40,271 bases of DNA from Candidatus Latescibacterota bacterium (GTDB taxonomy: Bacteria; Latescibacterota; 4484-107; B68-G9): positions 1-40,271 of the forward strand of contig QNCW01000001.1 in the NCBI GenBank assembly GCA_003645885.1, in the 5' to 3' direction. How positions within the stretch are numbered: position 1 is the first letter of the stretch; each line of letters begins with the position of its first letter. The translations under genes were made by a program, and so were the position numbers. Below the pieces are notes generated by a model. That model saw only the letters and a program-made list of their open reading frames with translations, made no database searches and had not been told where the DNA came from. Shown piece after piece: positions 16,726 to 24,092 of the stretch.

Positions 16726-17859
16726 CTACTTCCAAACTCCCGGTATCTCCCTGCCGCAGTGTACACAACGTCCGTCCCTCAGGCCCTCGAGCTCGGTCAT
16801 GTACCCTATCCTGTATATAAGCCTCCTTCCACAGGAAGGACAATATGTGCTCTCGGCTTTGTGCCCCGGGACGTTCCCTATGTACACGAAGTTGAGCCCT
16901 TCACCCTTGGCTATCTTCCACGCCCTCTCCAAAGTCTTAACGGGGGTGGGGGGTAGGTTACGAAGTTTGTACTGGGGGAAGAACCTCGTAAAGTGCAGGG
17001 GGACGTCCGGCCCGAGGTTCCCCATTATCCACCTGCACATATCTCTTATCTCGTCCGGGGAGTCGTTGAGCGTAGGGACCACGAGGTAGACCATCTCGAA
17101 CCATATGCCTATCTCCTTGAGGAGGACCAAGGTGTCCAGAACAGGTTTGAGGTGACCGTGGCAGACGTTCCTATAGAACCGCTCGGTGTAGGCCTTGAAA
17201 TCTATCTTCACCGCGTCCAGGACATCGCAGAGCTGCCTCATGGGCTCAGGGTTTATGTAACCGTTGGATATCATCACGCTGCGTACGCCCCTTTTGTGGC
17301 CCTCCACGGCGCAGTCGTACATGTACTCGTAGAAGATCACGGGCTCTGCATACGTGTAAGCTATGCTTTCGCATCCCGTGTAATAGGCGGCCCGGGCTAT
17401 CTCCACAGGGGAGGCTATGTAGTCGGTGCTCTGCTCCGGGCGGATCTGAGATATCTGCCAGTTCTGGCAGAACTCGCACTCCATGTTACATCCGACCGTG
17501 GATATGGAGAAGGCCTTGGTGCCGGGAAGGAAGTGGAACAGGGGCTTCTTCTCTATGGGGTCCACGTGCCATGTGCAGGGCTTGCCGTAGACGAGGGTGT
17601 AGTACGTGCCTCCCCTGTTCTCCCTGACGCCGCAGTATCCCCTCTCCTGGTCGTCTATGACGCACTCCCTCGGGCAGAGCACGCAGCGGATCTTCTTGTG
17701 GGGAAGCTTTTCGTAATGTCTGGCCTCGGTCAAGGACTCATCTGCGGGGTCGTCCTCCCTGGGGAAGCGGGGGAAGTACGAACGAACGAAACCGGGAAGG
17801 AGCGTGGCAGCGGACGCTGACAGTGTGGCCTTGACGAAGCTGCGCCTGGTCCAGAGCAT
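16726..17859 (-). CDS. AmmeMemoRadiSam-system radical SAM enzyme (PFL-activase-like) with a twin-arginine-type N-terminus
   Basis: Radical SAM CNMECEFCQN (CX3CX2C). The N-terminal Cys cluster is CVLCPRECV..GYCGVR. The C-terminal zinc-ribbon-like motif is CPSCG..CVHCG. The N-terminus MLWTRRSFVKATLSASAATLLPGFV matches T-R-R-x-F-x-K plus an h-region. I prefer ATG 17859 over the track's GTG 17868. Both keep the RR motif. Confidence 0.9.
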   Translation of the reverse strand: MLWTRRSFVKATLSASAATLLPGFVRSYFPRFPREDDPADESLTEARHYEKLPHKKIRCVLCPRECVIDDQERGYCGVRENRGGTYYTLVYGKPCTWHVDPIEKKPLFHFLPGTKAFSISTVGCNMECEFCQNWQISQIRPEQSTDYIASPVEIARAAYYTGCESIAYTYAEPVIFYEYMYDCAVEGHKRGVRSVMISNGYINPEPMRQLCDVLDAVKIDFKAYTERFYRNVCHGHLKPVLDTLVLLKEIGIWFEMVYLVVPTLNDSPDEIRDMCRWIMGNLGPDVPLHFTRFFPQYKLRNLPPTPVKTLERAWKIAKGEGLNFVYIGNVPGHKAESTYCPSCGRRLIYRIGYMTELEGLRDGRCVHCGREIPGVWK

Positions 17860-17871
17860 ATACCTCACCCC

Positions 17872-18279
17872 CTAAAACTTTATCTGCATCGCCCTAGGGG
17901 GACAAGCCCTTATGCACGCCTCACAAGCTATGCACTTGGAGCTGTCGAAGGAGACGAGCATGGTCTCCCTGTCCAAACTCAAAGCCCCAGTGGGACACAT
18001 CACAACGCACACACCACAATGGGTACACTTACCCTCGTCCCTATACACATCCTCTCCGAAGGCCTGTATGTGAACCCCCAAACCCTTGAGGTAGGATATG
18101 CCGGACTCGAGCGCCCGAGGCTCGCCGGAAAGTTCGAAGACCAATACTCCCTCCTCCTGTGGGCTTATCTGTGCCTTCAGGATGTTGAAGGCCAGGTCGT
18201 AGTCCTTGACCAGCCTGTAGATTATGGGCTTGTCCACAAGGTGGGCGGGAAACCGAAGCACGAGCTTTCGTGAGGTCAC
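17872..18279 (-). CDS. NIL-domain / 2x[4Fe-4S] ferredoxin-domain protein
   Basis: An N-terminal NIL-like domain (KPIIYRLVKDYDLAFNILKAQI..VLVFEL.G) is followed by CTHCGVCVVMCP and CIACEACIRACP. I place the start at GTG 18279 (GGAGG SD, GTGA overlap with the upstream stop) rather than the track's 18381, which overlaps the upstream gene by 106 nt. Confidence 0.85.
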   Translation of the reverse strand: MTSRKLVLRFPAHLVDKPIIYRLVKDYDLAFNILKAQISPQEEGVLVFELSGEPRALESGISYLKGLGVHIQAFGEDVYRDEGKCTHCGVCVVMCPTGALSLDRETMLVSFDSSKCIACEACIRACPPRAMQIKF

Positions 18280-19010
18280 CTTACCTCCTTCGCCCTTGTG
18301 AGCCTGAGGTCTCCCAGGACTCCTAACTTGTCCCCTAAGACCACCATCGCTCCCCTCACGCCATCTATCCTTAAGGCCCACTTTATGGCCTCGGATATTT
18401 CTTCCGGTTCCCGGACCCTGTTTCCTAATGCGGTGGCCACAGCGTCCGCCAAGGCTCCACCTTCGGCCACCACCACTGCAGCGTCGGCCCTGCCGAAGCT
18501 CAGGGAATGTCCCACGGTGCCCGAGGAGGTGCAGACCGAGCAGGGGGTCTCCTCTGGCTTTATTTCTAAGGCCAGCTTTCCCGAAAGAGGGGAACCTCCT
18601 GCAAGTATCCCTACCCTCCGTGGACGGGAAAGCGAGAGGAATATGTCCCCACCGTTCTCCACTATGACCTCGCCCGAAAGCTCACAGAGCCTCCTTCCCA
18701 CGTGTTCGGCTATCGCCCCGGCCACGGCCGCCATAGGCCCCACCTCGGCCTTCTTCCCAGCCTCCGCCATCTCCTTGACCAGCTGAGGGGCATCTTCGCC
18801 GACGGGATAAGGGGTCAGGGCCCGGAGGAAGCCCGGGTCCCTTCGTATGTACCTCGCCAACTGCCTCCTCGCCTCCCTCAGGGTCCTGAGGGCTTCCTCT
18901 GAGAGGTCTTCTGAGGCCCTTATCCAGAGGTCGCTCTCCCCCAGGACGACCCTGAAGGTGCGGAGACCGTCGTCCGGGACCTTCTCCCTGTAGCCCCTCG
19001 GCTCATACAT
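18276..19010 (-). CDS. UPF0280 / COG2122 ApbE-like family protein
   Basis: Features seen: GPMAAVAGAIAE, IVENGGDIFL, and S.GTVGHSLSFG.ADA, as I remember them from archaeal UPF0280 proteins. 8-nt overlap (ATGTATGA) with the DUF362 stop. Confidence 0.78.
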   Translation of the reverse strand: MYEPRGYREKVPDDGLRTFRVVLGESDLWIRASEDLSEEALRTLREARRQLARYIRRDPGFLRALTPYPVGEDAPQLVKEMAEAGKKAEVGPMAAVAGAIAEHVGRRLCELSGEVIVENGGDIFLSLSRPRRVGILAGGSPLSGKLALEIKPEETPCSVCTSSGTVGHSLSFGRADAAVVVAEGGALADAVATALGNRVREPEEISEAIKWALRIDGVRGAMVVLGDKLGVLGDLRLTRAKEVR

Positions 19011-19959
19011 ATATCACCTCTATGAGGCTCGGATCGGCGTTTCCCAAACGATGTTGAGGGTCGGAAGCTGTAAGGATGTAGTGCGGTTCCCTGCCCGCCT
19101 CCTTGAGGGAAGGAAGGCCCTTCTCCGCCCTCTTCTTCTCTATGATCTGCCAGCCCGTGTAATCCAAAGCTACCACGTCCCTCGAAAGTATCAAAGCCCC
19201 GAAGGGCCACGTCCATTGGGGCATGTAGGGAGGGCCGCCCTCGTACTGGGCGAGAAGACCGTCCAGGATGGTCAGGACTGTCTTCTGCCTTATGAAGGGT
19301 AGGGTGTTGAGGTCCGCTATGTACGGGTCCCCGGCGTTGTCGTGGTATTTGTTAGGGTTGTGGATGGCACCGAAGAAGTTCTTCATACCCAAGGTGACCC
19401 CACATATCCCGTGGTCCTTGAGCACGGGGAGGTTTATGACCTTGGTGCACCGCTCTATCAGGATCCTGCTGAACAGGCTCCCCACCGACATATGCTGTAT
19501 GAGGGCAGGATAATATCCCACCTCGTCGGTGCCGTAGCACTGGATGTCGTTCCCCCCCCTGTTCGTCCTGTACCCCGCCTTCCTGAGGTCGGCGTCCGCC
19601 CTGTCCCATATCACGATGTCCTTGGGCCTCACCCCGGCGGAGATGAGCCTCTTAGCGACGGCGCCCACAAGCTCCTTTCGGGTGGACATCCCCCTCCCTG
19701 CGAGGCAGTTTACCTTGAGCCCCACGACGTCCCCGGGTCCGACCAGCTCGGGCCACACGTCCTTCGCCTTCGCCCCGAAGAGCGCCTCGATCCCTCGGTC
19801 CAGGAGGACCCCGACCGCCTCCTCGTCCAACCTCCCCTTCCCGACGGATACCACCACGCGGGACCTCGTGCCTGCGAGGGCGGGAGGCAGCAACCCCGGA
19901 CCCAGAGCTGCCCCGACCCCTAAGGATATGGCCCGTTTCAGGAACTCCCTTCGGTCCAT
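19003..19959 (-). CDS. DUF362 domain protein with twin-arginine (Tat) signal
   Basis: The N-terminus MDRREFLKRAISLGVGAALGPGLLPPALA is a textbook Tat signal. DUF362-like core: GLKVNC, VINLPVLKDHGICGVTLGMKNFFGA, ILDGLLAQYEGGP, RDVVALD. I place the start at ATG 19959. The track's 20049 start would read through the promoter. Confidence 0.85.
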   Translation of the reverse strand: MDRREFLKRAISLGVGAALGPGLLPPALAGTRSRVVVSVGKGRLDEEAVGVLLDRGIEALFGAKAKDVWPELVGPGDVVGLKVNCLAGRGMSTRKELVGAVAKRLISAGVRPKDIVIWDRADADLRKAGYRTNRGGNDIQCYGTDEVGYYPALIQHMSVGSLFSRILIERCTKVINLPVLKDHGICGVTLGMKNFFGAIHNPNKYHDNAGDPYIADLNTLPFIRQKTVLTILDGLLAQYEGGPPYMPQWTWPFGALILSRDVVALDYTGWQIIEKKRAEKGLPSLKEAGREPHYILTASDPQHRLGNADPSLIEVIYV

Positions 19960-19971
19960 CGTTTCGAATGT

Positions 19972-20001
19972 AATATACAAGGAAAGGACAGGAATTGTCA
20001 A
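19972..20001 (-). promoter_or_regulatory. Near-consensus sigma70-type promoter of the DUF362-to-Memo/AMMECR1 operon
   Basis: On the minus strand: TTGACA (20001-19996), 18-nt spacer, TATATT (19977-19972). Only 12 nt separate the -10 from ATG 19959, and they contain no SD. The transcript would therefore be leaderless or nearly so. Confidence 0.5.
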
Positions 20002-20032
20002 GCCGATCGAAGTCGATGTCCTTAATAAATGT

Positions 20033-20058
20033 GAGGCCGGGGCGTACACCCCGGCCTC
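20033..20058 (-). terminator. Probable intrinsic terminator ending the M16 / FG-GAP / protease / small-ORF transcript
   Basis: Perfect 10-bp GC stem GAGGCCGGGG / CCCCGGCCTC with a 6-nt loop, 6 nt after the small-ORF stop. On the minus strand it is followed by ACAUUUAUUAAGG (U-rich). Confidence 0.5.
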
Positions 20059-20064
20059 GAGGAG

Positions 20065-20238
20065 CTAAGGGTTGACCCTATTTCTCCACCACTCCCAGAG
20101 CTCTTCGTCGCTCCCGTAGGCCGCGAAACCCCTCACCACCTTCACGAGGATGCGGGTCAGCTCCGCCACGGTGGTCTCTAAGACTTTCACCCTCTCCTCC
20201 AACTCCCGGGCCGTACAAGGTTCCTTAACCTCCCCCAT
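20065..20238 (-). CDS. Tentative 57-aa helical protein (not in the ORF track)
   Basis: Minus-strand ATG 20238 is preceded by GGAAGGAGAG. The translation is MGEVKEPCTARELEERVKVLETTVAELTRILVKVVRGFAAYGSDEELWEWWRNRVNP, ending at TAG 20067-20065. Codon usage (AGG, GAG, GTG) matches neighbouring genes and a terminator hairpin follows. I recognise no homolog. Confidence 0.4.
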   Translation of the reverse strand: MGEVKEPCTARELEERVKVLETTVAELTRILVKVVRGFAAYGSDEELWEWWRNRVNP

Positions 20239-20318
20239 CTCTCCTTCCTTTCTGCTGCTCCTCGGTTCGACTTGACCTTACCTTTAAGTCCGGAAGATAG
20301 CAGTCTCCCTTCCTCATG

Positions 20319-20771
20319 TCAAGGAATTTGTGATGACCTCAGCATCTCCTCCAGATCAGATATCGCCTCCTGCACCTTCGGGCTCAGTCCCGTCCCGAAC
20401 CTTATGTCCTCGGGCTGGACACCTAAGATTACGGTCCTTATGCCCTCCCTTTCCAAAAAATCCACAAGGGGCAGGATGGAGGGCCCATGCGTCGAGAACC
20501 CGAGGCCCTCCACCTCCTCCCTTTCTATCTTCCTTATCTCGCCGGGCCTTCCCCCGAAGTCCACGGCGTCCACGATCACGACGACGTTCGGTCCGAGGTC
20601 CAAGATCTCCCCTAAAAGGTTTTCGGGCGCGCTTCCCCCTTCCAGGACGGGGAGCTCGTCCTTCAACCTCCTGGCTAAGACGACGCCGAGGCCGTCGTCC
20701 CTCCTAAGCTCGTTCCCTATCCCCAATATCACGGCCCTCTCGCCGGGCCTCAAACCTATTCCCCCTTCCAT
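20319..20771 (-). CDS. Hydrogenase maturation endopeptidase family protein (HybD/HycI-like)
   Basis: Motifs seen: ILGIGNELRRDDGLG, VVIVDAVDFG, GFSTHGPS. ATG 20771 overlaps the upstream gene's end by 16 nt. GTG 20732 (giving M-ILGIGN) is an alternative start. The track's 20963 start lies deep inside the upstream gene. Confidence 0.8.
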   Translation of the reverse strand: MEGGIGLRPGERAVILGIGNELRRDDGLGVVLARRLKDELPVLEGGSAPENLLGEILDLGPNVVVIVDAVDFGGRPGEIRKIEREEVEGLGFSTHGPSILPLVDFLEREGIRTVILGVQPEDIRFGTGLSPKVQEAISDLEEMLRSSQIP

Positions 20772-23700
20772 ACTATGAGGCGTGTGTTGTAGCGCTCTAA
20801 GTAGTCCCTGTGTTCCGGGTCGTCGGGGTAGGATTCCCCCTCGGGATAAGGGTAGGTGCTCATCCCATGGAAGGGGAGGGGGTCCACCGTCCAGGTGTAG
20901 GCGGACCAGAGGTCGGTGCTCTTTCCGAAGCCGTTCGCGTAGAATACGAAGCTCCTTTCCCATCCCTCGGGGACCGGGAGGACCCCGAACTTCAGGGCCA
21001 CCTCGTCGCCGTGTCTCATTATCACGAACCTGTCGTCCACGTCCTTCAGGAGCTCCTTCACATCCCCGTATCTGGTGTAGTACCCTGTTATGTCCCTCCA
21101 GTTATACCTCGGAGTTAAGAGGGCCCTCCGGTAGTCGTAAACCTTCGGCTTCCTTCCGTCCGGGGAATAGTCGTACGGGTACCCGAGCCACCTCAGCACT
21201 GCCTCCTCGAGGGGGAGTTCCCGAACTCGGTGGGGGGGTTCGGAGGAGGTGGTGTCCACAAGAATTTGGTCCCAATAGATTTGATAGTTCGTCGTTATGC
21301 GGAGGCGGCAGTCGTGGGGAGGAAGCTTTCCCGTAAGGTCAAATACCATGGGCTTCGGCTCCCCCGCAGGGGCTCCCATGTCCTCCGTCACGACCTTCCA
21401 TCCTCCCCTTCCGTCGGGGACCTCGAGCCTCGGAGGCATGGGACTTATTCCGGCCTGCCACGCCGCCAGGTTAGCTGTGGAGGACATGTACTCCAGCCAT
21501 CCGTAGGCCACAAGGAGCATCCTTCCAGCGCCCGAGAGGTCCCCGAAGTCCAGGGTCAGGGTGTGAACCTTTGCGTAGCCCTGGAACCTTTCCAGGGGTA
21601 CATCCGGGTAGAGCCTGTCCCTGTGCATCACGAGGTCGGTGACGTCCCTCCCCCTGTAGTCCACTGCGTTCCTGGGATGTACAGGGTTGCGTACGAAGTA
21701 AAGCCGGAACTCGGGGTACGGAGGAACGCTCACGAACCTCTCGTTGGGATAGACCTCCCATCCCGGAGGATGGTCCACGGCCAGAAGCTTCACCTGGTCC
21801 AAGAGTATGACCTCCTCAAGCTGGCTTGCTACCCTCAGGTCGTAGATTCCTCCGATGGGCCTCAGAAGTTTCCTGGGGATCGGGACATATTCGTCCGGAT
21901 CCGGTAGGGCGTACACTCCAGGTCTTATCAGGTATCCCGAGTCACCTGCGCCGTTGAAGTCCGTAACATAGTGTATTTCCCTCCCGTCGTTTACGTAGAG
22001 TATGGGACAGGACGTACCCTTCCTATCTATCTCCACGAGGTTCGTATCCCTCCGGGCTGGAACCTCCATTTCGGTCTGCCTCACGCCGTCCGGCCAGAGG
22101 GCCCTGAGAAGGTCCACCTTCGAGTTCCTACCGAGCCCGAAGCTCAGCACCCCTCCGGGGCTCCAGGAGTCCCCCCTCGCCTCCTTCTTCTGCCAGAGCG
22201 AGCCGGTCTTGACCTCGAGCTTAGTGCCTATGCCCTGGCGGTTGCATCCCCTGCCCACGAGGCGCACCACGAGCCAAGAGTTCTCGTTCCCCCCTTCGTT
22301 CCTGAAGAGCCTCACCCCTCCTCCGTAGGAGACGAGCGCCACGTCCTGGTCCCCGTCCAGGTCGTAGTCCCCTACGAGGGCCTTCTTAACGCCGGGAACG
22401 GAGACCTTCGGGAAGGCCTCCTCGTCCACCTCGAAGTTCTTCCCCATCCTGTTCCTGAGGAGCAGGGGCCTTCCGTCACGGGATACGGCCAAGATGTCCA
22501 TGTCGCCGTCGTTGTCGTAGTCCAAGGACGATACAACTTCGGCGGAGAAGCCTTCCGGCCAGGGGAGGGAGACGGGGATGTACCTTCCGTCCCTCAGGTA
22601 GCGGTATAGGACAGGAGGTTCCCCCGTACTACCTACGACCAGGTCCATGAACCTGTCCCTGTCGTAGTCGGAGATCGCCGCAGAGAAGCTCCTTCCTGGG
22701 GAGGCGATGCCGGCCTCCTCGGCCATGTCGGTGAACGTCCCGTCCCTGTTGTTGCTGAAGAGCTGGTCCGGTTCCCCGTCGTTCAGGACGAAGAAGTCTA
22801 CATCCCTGTCGTTGTCGTAATCCGTGAAGACGACCCCCCTGCTACGGCGTGCCCCTCCGATCCCTGCCTCCTGGGTCACGTCGGTGAATGTCCCGTTGAA
22901 GTTGTTTCTGTACAATGTGTTCCTGTCTCCGTAGTTGACCACGAATATGTCCAAGTCCCCGTCGTGGTCGACGTCGGCAAATGCGCAGGCCACGCTCCAG
23001 CGTGGGTCCCCCACCCCTGCCTCCTGGGTCATGTTGGTGAAAGTCCCGTCCCCTTCGTTGCGGTAGAGCAAGTTGGGTCCGAAGTTGGCCACATAGAGGT
23101 CCAGGTCACCGTCGTTGTCGTAGTCACCCCACACGGCGTCCATCCCCAGCCCTTCGTCCCCCACTCCTGCCTTCGGGGTGACGTCCACGAACCTACCTTC
23201 CTCGTTCCTGAGCAGGACGTTGGCACCACATCGGACGATGTACATGTCCAGGTCACCGTCGCCGTCGTAGTCGCCCCAGCATGCGTTCCCTCCGAGCGGC
23301 TCGACTACATGCTCCCTTAGCCATTCCTCCGAGGCATCCTTCGGGACCTCCTCCGGGACCCTGCCGGGAAGCGGGAAGGAGGGCACTCCGGCCTCTTCGG
23401 TCGCATCCACGAACTTCACGGGGTACCTCTCGTCCGGGGGAGGCTTCAGGAGCGATGGGTCGGGGAGGGCCTCGGCGTACTTGCCCTGCTCTAAATACCT
23501 CACCCCAGCGGTGGGCTTGAGCCCGAGGGCCCTGAGCCTCCTGAACTTCTTCATGTGCCTTTCGGCCTCCTCGTACCTTCCGAGCCTCCTGAGTTCAGTT
23601 GCGAGGTTGTAATGGGCGGATATGTTGTTGGGGTCGAGCCTCAGGACCTGTTCGTAGGCCTTCACCGCTGCCTCGTGGTCCTTGAGCTTGGAGAGCACTA

Positions 23701-24082
23701 TCCCCAAGTTGTGCCACACGTAAGGGTCCTCGGGGTCCTTCTTGAGCACCGTTTCGAACTCCATCTTGGCTTCTGGATACTGGCCCCTGATCTTATATAT
23801 AAGACCCAAGTTATAGTGGGCGTAGGGGTTGTCGGGGTCCAGGGAGAGGGCCTCCTTGAGTTCCCTCACGGCGTCATCGTACCTGCTCATCTGCACGTAC
23901 GCTATGCCCAGGTTGATGTGACCTATGACGTAGTTCGGATGTAGCTTCAGCACCTCCTCGAACTCCCGGGCGGCTGCTGCGAAGTTGTTCTGCTCCATGT
24001 ATACCACCCCGAGGTCGTTGTGGCGGGTGACCTCCGCCATGTCCCCTCCGAACAGGACCGAGGCGATGACGAGGTACAACAT
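20756..24082 (-). CDS. Large TPR / FG-GAP (VCBS) repeat / ASPIC-UnbV protein (CRTAC1-like), 1108 aa
   Basis: N-terminal TPR repeats (..LHPNYVIGHINLGIAY.., ..DPDNPYAHYNLGLIY..). Multiple FG-GAP/VCBS repeats follow (GDYDGDGDLDMYIV, GDYDNDGDLDLYVANFGPNLLYRNEGDGTFTN, DVDHDGDLDIFVVN, ...). An ASPIC/UnbV-like segment follows (NSWLVVRLVGRGCNRQGIGTKLEV). The remaining ~450 aa form a C-terminal region. I place the start at ATG 24082 (AAGGAGGAG SD), not 24178. Confidence 0.88.
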   Translation of the reverse strand: MLYLVIASVLFGGDMAEVTRHNDLGVVYMEQNNFAAAAREFEEVLKLHPNYVIGHINLGIAYVQMSRYDDAVRELKEALSLDPDNPYAHYNLGLIYKIRGQYPEAKMEFETVLKKDPEDPYVWHNLGIVLSKLKDHEAAVKAYEQVLRLDPNNISAHYNLATELRRLGRYEEAERHMKKFRRLRALGLKPTAGVRYLEQGKYAEALPDPSLLKPPPDERYPVKFVDATEEAGVPSFPLPGRVPEEVPKDASEEWLREHVVEPLGGNACWGDYDGDGDLDMYIVRCGANVLLRNEEGRFVDVTPKAGVGDEGLGMDAVWGDYDNDGDLDLYVANFGPNLLYRNEGDGTFTNMTQEAGVGDPRWSVACAFADVDHDGDLDIFVVNYGDRNTLYRNNFNGTFTDVTQEAGIGGARRSRGVVFTDYDNDRDVDFFVLNDGEPDQLFSNNRDGTFTDMAEEAGIASPGRSFSAAISDYDRDRFMDLVVGSTGEPPVLYRYLRDGRYIPVSLPWPEGFSAEVVSSLDYDNDGDMDILAVSRDGRPLLLRNRMGKNFEVDEEAFPKVSVPGVKKALVGDYDLDGDQDVALVSYGGGVRLFRNEGGNENSWLVVRLVGRGCNRQGIGTKLEVKTGSLWQKKEARGDSWSPGGVLSFGLGRNSKVDLLRALWPDGVRQTEMEVPARRDTNLVEIDRKGTSCPILYVNDGREIHYVTDFNGAGDSGYLIRPGVYALPDPDEYVPIPRKLLRPIGGIYDLRVASQLEEVILLDQVKLLAVDHPPGWEVYPNERFVSVPPYPEFRLYFVRNPVHPRNAVDYRGRDVTDLVMHRDRLYPDVPLERFQGYAKVHTLTLDFGDLSGAGRMLLVAYGWLEYMSSTANLAAWQAGISPMPPRLEVPDGRGGWKVVTEDMGAPAGEPKPMVFDLTGKLPPHDCRLRITTNYQIYWDQILVDTTSSEPPHRVRELPLEEAVLRWLGYPYDYSPDGRKPKVYDYRRALLTPRYNWRDITGYYTRYGDVKELLKDVDDRFVIMRHGDEVALKFGVLPVPEGWERSFVFYANGFGKSTDLWSAYTWTVDPLPFHGMSTYPYPEGESYPDDPEHRDYLERYNTRLIVWKGE

Positions 24083-24092
24083 ATCTCCTCCT

